Below, piece by piece: positions 31,994 through 44,499 of a stretch of 64,000 nt of DNA. Location: the NCBI GenBank assembly GCA_036172245.1, contig JAYWIR010000027.1, positions 1,736,001 through 1,800,000 of the forward strand. The letters run 5' to 3'. How positions within the stretch are numbered: the first letter of the stretch is position 1; each line of letters opens with the position of its first letter. The position numbers and the translations under genes are program-made. This DNA comes from Raillietiella orientalis (taxonomy: Eukaryota). Below the pieces are notes generated by a model. That model did not search any database, was not told the origin of the DNA, and saw nothing but the letters and a program-made list of their open reading frames with translations.

Positions 31994-34936
31994 CTGAAAA
32001 GCGACACGGAGATGTAAACTGGAGTCACAGAAACACGTCTTTAGGGATAAACTTGTTACCTGCACACTTGAGTGCACCATCTGAATAATCTCGAGATTTA
32101 CCGTCGACCACGGAAATAACGTACAAACCCTCGACATCATCATCGTGCCCCCCCCCCCTCCCCCCTTTCCGAAAACAACAGGCAACCAAAAAGGTTGAGG
32201 TTGAACACAGTTTGAAGTACTGAATGATTCTTTTAACGTAAAAATCGATCCGAATGCGCGCACACACACACAAACACACGCACAAAAAAAAGAAAAAAAA
32301 AAAAAAAAAAAAAAACGGATTTGATTCAGATGGAGTGTGGAGAGAGCGGCACAGGCAAAAAACGTGCACACTCCACACACTTTCCGTACAGAAAGTTGAT
32401 CGGAACGGTGTGTGTGCATCAGGTCAAAACTTCGCCGGACCTCGGGCGGTTTTCGGGCACTGATGGATAGCTCAAGCCCGCAGTGCTGATGTGCAGGAAC
32501 GAGTATCAGCACACCAGAAGCCATTCCGGTGGGGTCGGCTCCTACTTCTTCGCATCAGCCAAACTGGGGAAGTGGACCCCCCTCCCCCCTTCCCTGGATG
32601 GCGGCGGCTCCGAACGTGAACTCCACGGTACAGCTTTGAGCATCCTTGAGCGGTCCGAAGACTTCGGCTCTGCTCTGCGGGTGCTTTCGGGAAGTCTTCG
32701 CGTCGGATGAAGGAAGGCACCTTGGAGACGGAACGCATCCAGCTTCCTCCGCTGTGAGCTGCTGCGTGCAACGTCACCGCGTGTGTCCATCTTGTTTTCG
32801 CTCGTGGCGACGGTTGCACACAACATGCATTGCTCCATCCGGTCGAACACTTGACCGCTCGTACGCCCACGCACTCATTCTATAACTTCCCGCCGCAATC
32901 ACGATACTTCTCATCAACAAGAGCGCGCACGCGGGCAGGAGGGTGGGAAGGAGGGAGGGAGGGAGGCAAGACAACAAGACGTCACTGGGGTATCTCCCTG
33001 GACTCCCGAGGAAACCGGCTTGAAAATCCAGGAAGAAACCGGGCGGACGTCGACTGGATGCAGTACCAAAAAGAGCAGCACGACTTGCAATAGGTGACGT
33101 CGCGCCCGCCAGAAGCGCTGCGTTCCTGCCGCATTGTTGGCGGTGTATTTATATCAGCAACCGGATGCGACGACGAAGCTTCTGGAAGGATTTTCCTAGG
33201 CTGTCGCCGTGGACCTCGGTCACGGGAACAGAGCAAAGCCGAATGGGGAACAACACACGAGGCGCAAGACGTTGTGTTGCAGAACAACTTTCCGCCGAAA
33301 ACACGGAGGAAGAAAAAAAAAAAAAAAACACGGGGAAGGGGATGGATGTACACGATGATACATGGACCAGATCACAAGTTCGCTGTATAATCGACCGCCA
33401 ACGGCAAAAATGCGCGAGAAAAAGCATGGAAGAGGAGCAAGAAGCGCCCCCCCCCTCCCCTCCTTCCCTTTAGTATGTTCGATTCGCTCGTGGGGCGCAG
33501 CTTTTTAATTATAAAATTCCTGAATACGAATTTTGATTACACGTGGACAAATGCGCGTTTGCACATGTTGGAAAGGAAAAGTCGACGATTTCTCGTGGAA
33601 AACGACAGCTACGCAATAATTTACGGGCATTAACGAGCAGAAGCTCGGAGGAATCAATTACAGAACTCTTGTTCGATCGTAAATTGTGAACATCACTAAC
33701 GAAGGCCGGATATTTAATTTGATCGGAACACTTCGAAGGTTTGTTGCGACAATACAATGTTGCTCAAAAGCGGAAGGAAAAAGGAGCTTATCGTTTTTTT
33801 TTTTTTTTTGTCTCCTCCTCTCCCTCCTCCAGGAGACCCATTCCTCTCGCAAATGGCATAGGAAGGGAAATGCAACATTACGAGTGCTTGGTTTCCACAT
33901 GCAAGCACTTGCGGATCATTCGGAGCATCACCGGATCGCAACTCTGATTTTCCTCAACGCATCGTGTGCATCATCAAAACGGAAGGTATTCAGAAACAAA
34001 AACAACAAAAAATGAGGAGGGACGAAGCGGGACTGAATGTTGTAGGCATATTACCTTATATCTCCATTCACAATAATAGGATCACATTCAATCACCATCG
34101 CTAAAACGAAAAAGAGAAACACATATCAGAATGTGCAAGCCAAAACAGCTTGAAATTTTTCTTCAACATTTCAATGCATTTGAATGTATTCTGTACCCCT
34201 CTATTCCATAACATCGAACACCACAAAACCACCGGGGACTTCAAGGAGAGCATCCACGTAAGACTGGGAATGTGTTTCATGAACTTCTTTCAACTCTTTA
34301 GATAGGAAAAAACGCGTTTTGCGATACAGCTATGGGAAAGAACATCGGAATACTGTGGTATCACTGAGGAACTGCAGGCAGAACAGACTTCACGGACGCT
34401 ATAGGTACACCCAGAGGATGATAACGTGCACGAAACACTAATTGCAATCATAAGAGGGATGGTAAATTGCTTTCTCACTAACCTAGAGTGAAAAAAGTCT
34501 GCAAACGTAAACGAAGAAGCCAAAGTGCAAAATGTTTCGGTTGTGAAATGTTGGGTGTCTCCTTCGCCTCCAGTTAGATGAAAGGCATCATCCTATATTT
34601 ACGATGCGAATCTTCGATCCTGCATCTAAAATATTCAATTCATATCCAAGAGGTGACAAAACGGTTCATCAACGCCATATACAGACAAAAAGTAGATGTT
34701 AACAACGTGATGTGCTTGTGAAACCGAATGCTCCTTTCGTGTCTTCGTTACTGCATTTGTAATGGAAGGGGTGGCTCAGGGAAGACGAGTGAACCTTTTT
34801 TTTTTTTTTGGACAAACAGTGTTACTGCTAATATGTTGATGAGACTGGGAAACGCAGATCGGAAACCTATGATCGCAAGACTTTCATCTGCACCTGCACA
34901 GGTTTGCTAAGGATTTTCGGTTCCCAGGGCACCCGA

Positions 34937-34977
<41 letters not shown>

Positions 34978-34992
34978 ACCACCACCACCACC
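34937..34992. repeat. Compound trinucleotide microsatellite (CGC)n-(CAC)n
   Basis: Directly visible; lies immediately upstream of the U2 insertion. Confidence 0.95.
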
Positions 34993-35035
34993 AGTATAAC
35001 AGCTTCTCGCTTCTTCCTCGCTTTGTTCTGCTATA

Positions 35036-35071
35036 ATCGCCTCTCGGTCTTTTGGCTAAGATCAAAGTGTA
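35036..35071 (+). pseudogene. 5' fragment of U2 snRNA, truncated at the branch-point pairing region
   Basis: ATCGCCTCTCGGTCTTTTGGCTAAGATCAAAGTGTA compared with U2 ATCGCTTCTCGGCCTTTTGGCTAAGATCA(A)AGTGTAG. Similarity stops after GTGTA. Confidence 0.85.
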
Positions 35072-38000
35072 ACAGCAGAAACTGGCCAATTAGGATGTCT
35101 GGTTGTTCGTATTTGCATGTACGTTACGTACGTGGGCCTGCAGAGTAAAAGAAAAAAAAAAGAAAAAAAAAAGTGAGCTACGACAGAAAAAGGATCCTCG
35201 TTTCTGTGGATTTGGCCACGTCCCGGTGACCAATACTAAAGCCGAACAAACTGCAGTCCATCCTTGGCGAGGGGAGTGTCAACCTTGTCTCCCTCCCTTG
35301 CTACGGCATGACACCACAGCCCACTGCAATTACTTGACGACCCTGAGTTCCGTGGTATCGCTGGGGAACCCCTTTTCCACCGAAACTTTTCCGAGGATTG
35401 CTGTCGTTGTCTTTGGCTATCCGTTTTGTTTTCCTTTTCCAGAAGGTCCACAGGAAAGAAAAAAAGTCTGTCCCGGGAGAAGCTCCCAGCCCGATCCGTG
35501 CATGCGGAAAGCACAGAACCAAGGTGAGGATGCTGCTGCTCCCGCTCTGCACGAAGGAGACTGTGAATGGATTCCTGAGAGGCAGCGTGGAGGACAAGCG
35601 GGGGTGATCAGCTGTGGCTTTTGTCTGATGCACGTATCTGTCTAGAATTTCCAAAACGCCGGTGCTGAGATCGTTTTGCTTTTGTGTGTGCATATGTGTG
35701 TGCGTGCGCGATGTGTGTGTGTTTTCGGAAATCTCACGGCTAGAGATTGCTTTTGCCATTCCCAAATGTTTGCACTTACGCTGATGATCTGGGAGGCGCG
35801 AGAAAGCTCACAGCACGGGGGGAGGAGGAAAGGAGGGGGAGGGGGATCGTTCCAACTTCGCCGGCATCGATTCGGAATTTCACTGCAAGACCGAGTAACT
35901 CAGGGCCTCCTTTTCCAGACACACACACACACAAAGCAAACACGCACACATCACACGCGCGCGCGCACACACACACACACACACGCACACACAGTGCACA
36001 CACCGTTCGATGGCAGGCACGGCACAATACCCGAAAGGATCACCGGGATCGCACTCCAGAATCCCCCTCTACTGTGTGCATGCATCACGCTGCCCCGACC
36101 ATCCAGACGCGGCACGCAAAAATAAAACGAAACGACAGGGAATTACACAAGAGTGTCCCTCCCCACTCTGGCCCCGTGTTTTCTCCCCCCCCCCTACCTT
36201 GCTCCGCCGACGTGCTCCCTTCCAAAATTTTTGATTTCACTTTGTAAGGAAGGCGCCTCTTCCGACGTTTCCTTTTCTCGGCCTGGTGAATTTCGTGAGC
36301 CATTCCACTTAGTCCAGATTCGGAGACTTATCACAAATACACTGCGACGCTAACTAGGTGTGGTTGCATAAGGAGGGGAAACGAGAAAACCCAGTTTCTC
36401 ACAGCAGGCAGCAACTGGTGACGTTGTTCTCTGGAGCGTTCGCCGTCCGTTGTACTTTTAGGGTCGATCTTGGAGAAACAAGCAGACACACCTACTCTTA
36501 AATCAAGATTCCATGCTAAGCCGCGTCGTTGCCGTGGAGATCGATACAAGTTTTCGCGTCTGTGCTAAAAATGGATACAATTATGGATATGAACTGTACG
36601 ATAAGCTCGAAGGTGCACTGATAATAAAATAAATGGTGACTGGCTTCACCGTAATTTAAAGAAAAGCGAGGTGGACGAAGGGATTTTTTTTTTTTTTTAA
36701 AAAAAAAGTAAAAAAAATATAAATAAAAATAGGAAGAAAAAAAAAAAGAAAACAAAGTCAACTCGGGATAGAATTTTTCCTGTGTGGAATCACTTTCGAA
36801 ACACTTGGGCATTTCTTGGTGCTTGAAGCGTGTGCCTCCACGGAGATGCAAATGCAAGAAATGCTCGACGGAGCGCTTCACGTTGCCGTGGAAACACAGC
36901 AACGTGAAGCGTGAAACGCGAGCAGGAGCGAGGAGGAGGATACACGTTCACGAAAACATCATCATCCCTGCAGCGGGGCTCACCGTGGCGGCAGCAGGGA
37001 CACACGGGTGCGGGGCACACGTTCCGGGCGCACTTCTCCGCATCCTCGCGTGCCCTGGGTGTACCGATCGCCGCCTCGGCCTGGTGGTGCCAAGGCCGGC
37101 CACCACACTCCGGTGGCGTGAGCGATGCACGCGCGAGGCATCGGGGGTGCATCGGAACGGCTCTCGCGGCCGAGCGGGCTCTCCCGGCGGTGGGGAAGAC
37201 GAAGCGCGCGCCTGGGAGACCCAGCACGCAATCGGAAACGGTGGGGCTGGCCGCTGCTCCCCAGGAGGCTCGCACCTCGCAGGCCGAGGAGGTCGCTGTG
37301 GCAGCATCCCGCGGACAACCGAGGGAGTGGCTGGAGCGAACTTGCCCACGAGGCAAGCGGGGGCGGCTGGAAGGCTCCTCCCGGAACTCCACCGCCTTTC
37401 TTCACCCTTAAAAAGCGAAGGGCTGCTCGACGGGCGAACGTTCGCCTGCACGGATACGCAACGTTTCTGTGTCTGCTGCTTTTCGTCCGTTCTTGTGCAA
37501 ATGCTTTCCCATAAAAACTCGGGTACGTGACAAAACAAACCAATGGAACAGAACACGGGGGGAAATCACACGCACAAATCAGAAAAATAGGCGACGAGAT
37601 GGCTCGCCATGATCGTGCAGGATTCCAGCGCCGAGAGTCGCAGATGACGCCAGGAAATAAACTGGGATGAAGCTGGCGATTCGCACCTGGCGTTTTCTGC
37701 GTGCAGGCAGTGCTTCAACTGCGGCCAGAACACTACAAAGTATCCGATGTACACCCGTTGAGGTGTACGCTGTGTTTGCATGCGATCGACCCCCCTGCCA
37801 GACGCTGGACTCCCTCCCTTGCGAAACACGTCGGCATCCCAAGTCCCAAGGAACGGTGTTCTCGAGTCCACGACGATTCAGCGGACTTGTTGTTTGCGTA
37901 ATGTATACCGATAGGAATTGCCTTTCGGAGCGCTGAGAACAAGATGGCGCTTACGGCGACGGACCGTGCCACGCTCCTCCTACCTCTGCTGATCATGGCA

Positions 38001-38099
38001 GCTGGGATAAAGGGAGTGGGGTAAGAGGTCCGCGGCACCCCCCCGGCATTCGTGGACAAAGCCGCGGCAGTCTGTCACCGGATGTGCACTTTGTATGAA

Positions 38100-38900
38100 G
38101 ACTTCCTCACGAGTTCTGATCTGGCAGCACAGAAATGCTTTCAGTTCGCTCTCAAGGATGCCAAATCCTGAGCACACATCGGCTTCGAGGAAGGCAGTCG
38201 GGTCCCCGGATGGGTTCCACCTGACACCGAGAACCTGCGTTGCGAGGGATAGCCTCCCAAAGTTTCGTAACCACGATCCTTCTCTAAATCATGTTCTTCA
38301 TCTTCTGGACCTTGAACTGCTGTTCGACCATGTTTCAGCCTGTTCGGAAATTGTGGAAGAGTTTACGGGACCGAGCGCGCTGGCGGAGGCGTGTTCCAAC
38401 ACTCCCTCGAGAACAGTGGCTGCACGGCGGAGCGAACAGCAACCTCGCTGCAAGGACACCGGCAAGAGCCCCGCGGTCACGCTCACCATTTTGCATTGCC
38501 ATTCGTCCCTCGCCCCTTCACATTATCTATTTGTGAGCTTATATGTCTTGAGGGAGATACTGCCGCGCTCAGCATCCCTTTTTTCCACACTGACGTGCGC
38601 TTTTACTGCAGGTCACCAAACCTTGGGGGCTTAGATCTACGCTTGCGTCGAGCCACACATTGCCACAAGGGCAGGGCATTAGTTTCGTGGATAGAAGCCC
38701 TCAAGGTGCGAGTACTGCGCAGGGTTCGTTCGGAATCCCGGTGGCCTGAATTTCTCAAGAGCGCCTCTCGTCTTCTGCACATCGCTGTAGTGGTTTTCCA
38801 AAGGAGGAGGGTAAAATAAGGCAGCTATAGTGTAACAAGCCGGTAAGCCCCCACCCCAGCCCGCTTGCAAACTAGAATAACACCTTCTGGACATGGAGTC
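38100..38900 (+). mobile_element. Decayed DIRS-type tyrosine recombinase fragment
   Basis: SLNHVLHLLDLEL followed by LVSWIEALK...AVVVFQRR resembles N- and C-terminal segments of DIRS YR. Weak match, by eye only. Confidence 0.3.
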
Positions 38901-40869
38901 CCATTTTGGTGTGTGGATTCCGGCAAAACGTATACTGGAAGGTTAAAACCTGAAGTCCAGCTGCCAACTCTGGGCAACTCTGTCCGCGCACATTCTGCTG
39001 CAGTCTCTGGAACTTCATGATGGCCATGATGACCTCACGTTGGTTCTGCTCCTCTACTGGTTCAGACGCGACTCGAATCGACCCACCTTGCCCCGATCGA
39101 TACCGGAAATCCCTGCTCAGTGCTGAGATTGCTGAGCCAAGACCACCCTCGCAGCACTGCTGACATGGCTATCGGATCTTCTAGCAAAGAACGCACGGTA
39201 TTCCATCGTCGGGTGGGTACTCAGAGACACAACGTACGTACGTACAACAACCGCGCTTCCCCTCTCGTTCTTTCTCTTCTCGGTGCTGTGGGGGGACGGA
39301 GAATTCAACGAAACGACTCTTCTCCGCACCGTAAGACACCGTCGTCTCCGCAACGCGTGCACGTCCGAGTTGAGCGTGCACCTCGTGAAGCCCAGTCTTT
39401 CCTCATCTGTGATCCATCATCTTGCACCCAAAACTTTTCTGTCGCCAGCCGCGACACTTTCCCCATCAACTCGGCTCTTTTGCCGAACACCTCGCTAACC
39501 GTCTACCGGGCTTTCCTGCTTGGAAACTCGCGTCAGAAACAACACATGATCACGTTTTATTTCATGCAGCAACTCTCGGTGCCTGCACGAATGACTTTCA
39601 GAAGTGCAAGATGCTACGGGCAAGTTTTCCCTCTTTCTTTCTGTCTGTCTTTCTCTCTCTCTCTCCTCTTCCTCTTTTTTTTTTTTTTTTTTTTTTGATG
39701 GACGCGCACGGCGGTCTGGAAAGCTGTAAACAGTGGTCAAAGTTTTGCTCTTGAGCGTCGTCTCCCCTTCCTCCCTAAATGGTTACATTTTATCTTCCTT
39801 CGAACACTTCACGAGATGTTTCGAGCTAAAGACGACGGCGACCTGGCCATGCTGCTTGGCTGGGAGGAGGAAAAAAAAAAGCAAAATGCTATACTACAAA
39901 ATGTTTAATGCTGCTCGTTGCTGCCGCCCGGAAGCATTTCAAACTCACCTACGAATCGATAGCGCCCCCAAATGGCTGATTTGCGAAAATGAGGATTGGG
40001 TGGCGCCGCCGAACCCAAGGTCCGTGCCACCAGCAGCTAACAAAGCGATCTTACAACACACAAAAGGAGAAGCTCCGAGAAGAGCAGCTTCCGATATGGC
40101 ACGTTAAGATCACACAGTCACACGCAGGCATAGACACACACACAGACATAAATCGGTGGAACAAAGATCACGTGAAAACGGTTGCACAGCCCATGTCAAC
40201 GAGGTTGGAAGGCAAGATTAGGCCACGCAGCTTTCGCATGTGCACGTGCTCACCGAGACAGCACCCATGTGACTTTCAAAGAAACGTCACTTTCCGGTCG
40301 CTCATATCAGGTTGTTTCACCCTCAAGCATCTTTCCCTTCCTTGGGGATGCTCCGATTAGCATCATCGGAAATCAAGTAGTTTCTACTGCGCGCATCTGG
40401 CTGGAAACTTGGTCCACCCGAATGCATCCGCGCCGGTGCTCACAACATAAATCTTTGAAAGAGATGAAACAATACTTGCACTGCGAGTGGAACTCGCAGT
40501 TTCCAATCATATACTGTATCTTATTCTTGTCCCTCATCCCCCTGGTCGTAAAATCATGCTACGCCGATCTTAAAAATTCACTAGCACTATTGGCTACCAA
40601 AACTGTCCATCTTCATCGTTCCGTGCAAGCTGCGCCACGTGGTAGCAACCGAAGACGTAGAGACGGCAGGTGGAAAACTCGGGTTCTCCTCCTCGGACAA
40701 TGTTCCCTTAGGAACGTTCACATCAGAAAAAAATCCGAGGACTTGCAACCCTTCGGGTCCGCAGCCGGTTCCGCGCGATCAGCAGCCCACAGAATTTCGG
40801 CTGGATTCGTTGCTTCCAGCGCTGCTAGGTTACCTCCGGTAAACACAGGTAAGACAGTTTGAGGAATTC

Positions 40870-41700
40870 GAACTGACCAATCGGGATCCGAGGAAGGAAA
40901 CTTAATAGGCCAATTGCAGAGTATGACGAGAACGCGCAACACAGGCGCTGCCACTGCCTGCAGGGGTGCAGAAAGGAAAAAACCAGAAGCCAAAAAAAAA
41001 AAAATTACGTAAAGGAAAACAAAAATTATGCGGAGAAGAAAAAAGAATGTACAGGAAGAAAAAACAAAGAAAAGTTTTGCGGGAAGCAAAACCACACACA
41101 CGCGCACACACGCTCGCTACGTGCGAGCGAGTGTACCTCTGCACGGGCAACCGCGCGCCGGTCTGGCGAGGCGCCGGAGCACGCCCTCCCGAAGCCTGCG
41201 GGCCGGACACGTCGGACGCACTCCTCCCTCGGCTTCTCTCTCCCTTCCCCCTCCTCGCCTCCCCCTTCCCGCCGGCGCCACCGCCCGTCGCCGTCGCCCC
41301 GAGAGCGGGCGGAAAAGGCGAACGGCGTTCCCCAGCGTTCCTCGCCCGCGCTCGCGGCGGCGTCTCGTCGCTCGCGACGGCAGTGAGGAGGGGAGGGAGG
41401 TGGAAGAAACGGGCGGGCGGGCCTGCCGCTCTCGAAGCGGCCGACGCCAACGCCATCTACGTCCTTCCGTCGGAGAGTCGAACCGGCAGGAGAGGAGGAG
41501 GCGAGGGGAAGGAGTGGGAGTGCCTCCGCCGCCGCCCGCCGCCTTCGGACGCTTCGCTTTGTCTCCCCGATTTTTTTTTTTCTTGAGCTTTCTCTCCGCC
41601 ACCCGTTTTTTTTTCCTTTTCTGTCTTTTTTTTTTTTTTTCCCCCTCTCTCTCTCTCCCTCTCTCTTCCCTCTGTGCGCTGTCGCTGAAAAGAGGAAAAA
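40870..41700. promoter_or_regulatory. CpG-island-like candidate promoter, possibly of the KLF gene
   Basis: Two CCAAT boxes (~40877, ~40910), GGGCGG GC boxes (~41411), and a very CpG-rich core bounded by A- and T-tracts. No transcript evidence. Confidence 0.35.
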
Positions 41701-44499
41701 GTCCTTGAGAATGGCGATGGAGGCGACCGGATCTCCGGAAAACATCTCAGGCGCTCCGGCGGTGGAGAGCGCGAGAGGAGCGGGAGAAAGCACAAGTCCA
41801 CTCTCCGAAAGCTACTCTGAGGAGGAGGAAGAATCAGGAAGGCTCGCCTGGGTTCGCCTGCCCGGAAAATTCGATTCGACTTCCACGCGCGCCGTCGGTA
41901 TTTGCGCGAAGGATTTCCGGGAAGCAAAGAAGTGGAAAAGGGCTAGAAAAGAAGTGGGGAAAAGGGGAGGGGATATGGAAGGAGAACCAAGAGGAAGCGC
42001 GGATCCAGGGGAAGGATACACCGAACAAATTCCCGCTCCTGCAGCGAACATGCGATAACTCCCAAGCTTTGCCTGGCAGAGGTAACTCAAACAACCAAGG
42101 CCGGATGGTCGAAGAGACAGCAGCGTGCGCGCGAACGATGGCAGGAATTCTGGGAGGAGCGCTGGGATGGGCGGACGGCAAAGAGGATGGAAGGGAAGGA
42201 GGAGGAAGAGGAGGGGGGAGGGAAGAGGAGGTTGGCGCAGCGACATGGAGACGCGGTTACAGAGCCGCGCCCCCGGCTTCGCTTCCACCCCGTCCCTCGT
42301 TCGCGGCGGCAGCCGGGATGCACACAGGCCGAACAGGACGGACGTGGAGACTGGATAGCGCATCTTCACGGAAGAAAGAGATCACATCAAGAAAGAGGAG
42401 GCGAAGGGTGCGCGAGCCTGGGAAATGCTGCGATGACGGCAATAAAGCTATAATGGAAAGACGCACGAGGCGTCCAGCTGATACGCTCTGACATTTCCAG
42501 AGACGATGAGCATCCACTGCTGCACCATCCACCCTTTCTCCTCTTGTGCTTGGCGGCATCGAGAGCAGCGTGAGAGGGAGCGCTCGAAGCTCACCGGAAA
42601 CTCATCTTGACGTAAGTCGTCGTGGGTCATACGGAGGAGTGGTGGAGGCGCGACGGCGGCGCTTGCAGGAAGCCAGGATTCCCATTCACGGGGTCCACCG
42701 CTTCGGTCGCTAGCGGCCACGCCAGGAAAGCCCTCCTCGGACGCGAGGCGTGACCGGACTTGCAGGCAAGCCCGCAGCCCGAGGACGCAGAGAACACGCC
42801 CCCACCCCGCTGAGGCGTGCGGGCACGCGCGCCCCCTCGCGCGAGAAGCGAACAGACGCGAACTGTCACGAGGGCTCGGCAGCCCGAGGGGAATCGATCC
42901 TACCTCCCGAGTCTCAGCGTGCTCGCGGAGCAGGAAATCTGCATCTTCCCGCGCCGAGACTTGCGGACTGCTGCTGTTGACCTCTGCGATTTCGGTGGTC
43001 TCTCATTCAGCGAGGCAGCACAGGGTCTTCTAGTCACGCATCTCCCGAACAGATGCCACTGTCTCAGTTTTCAACTCGGAACCGTTCCCATGCAACGAGG
43101 ACCGCTCGTAAAGTTCTTTGACCGGCATTTTATTTTTTTTTTTCTCCTGGCCTCCCCCCCCCTCCCCCCGCCAACCGACACTGCAGCACAAGTTCTCTGG
43201 GCGCCGGGGATTCCGAGGGCATTCACTGCGTGGACATCCGTCTACAATGGCGTACACGTTGCTAGCCGGCCAGCAACAATGGCGTGCGCAGGACGCTGGA
43301 TCTATTAATATCCTGAGCCCGAGCCTCAAACAATCCATGGCGACGTCGGTTGACACGAACGGCAGCAACGAGAGGGGGATGGATTTTTTACATAGCCATG
43401 AGTTTCCAGGGGAAAATTTAGACGTGTCCAAACCCTAGGAGATCGATCCAAGTTCCTATCATCGAAAATTGCAGCGCCAAGAAAATTGATACGCTAAACT
43501 AATACGACAAAAAAAAAAAAATGAAAAAATCCAGGAAACTAAACTACACCTCATCGTTTGCATTTGAACGTTTTCAGTAACTGAGGTGATTGAAGTGCTG
43601 CAGTCAATGGATGGATAATCAGTCTACCATCCACAGCATCCATTTAACATCGAGATTTTGTCGCGGAATCAAAGCTGAATTCCGTAAAGCTCTGCTATCC
43701 ATTCATCCTGGACCCACGTCTCTCATTTCTTTATAAGAGTCATGGTACAATGTGCGTGCTTAGACATCCAGGAACAAAATCACAATTTGCTGTTGCAGGA
43801 GTTCTTGTATATTTGTTTATCTCAATATTTCAGGCAGTCAGACACTGGATAAAATTGTGGAATGATGGACGAGTGCAACGAGGAATGGAACGACGGATGG
43901 GTGCAAAGGGCATTCGAAGGTAAACATGTCGCCCGCACAAAGTGGTTGAAAAAAAAAAAAGAAGTATTATCAGATTCAGATTTCCATTGCAAGAGGACTT
44001 CATGCCATAGGTGAAATGAGTTGCAGAGGTTCCCCATAGATCTTGAACCGTTCCCGCTGTTGCACTGCTCTGAACTTGAAGGCGACGGCTGAAGTGGGAC
44101 TTTTATTTCGCAGGCCCTTCTGGGAGATTCCGTCAACTCGTCCTTGTGCGTTCCAAATTCCCAAGTAAAGCACTCTTGCCTTGCTTGCGGCTAACTGGAG
44201 CTGACCGAAGGAGGGATGCATTCTCTCCTCCACATGACCCGTTTTTCCGAGACCGTTAATAAGGGACAGCAGACCACCACGGGCAGATGCAGGCACTCCG
44301 TTGCCCCAGTCCCCCGTGTAGAGAATAGCCCGCGGTTCGTCTGTTCCTTCGAGTATGGTTTCTCATGTTCATTCGGTAGCTGGTGGTTGCCAAGGGCGAC
44401 GAGGATCATTCGGTGGAGGTGGCTAGGCGGGCTAGTCAAGGGCAAGCAATGATACGGCTAAGGGCAGTTCTGTTCAGTGCCCGTACGAAAATTCGAATT

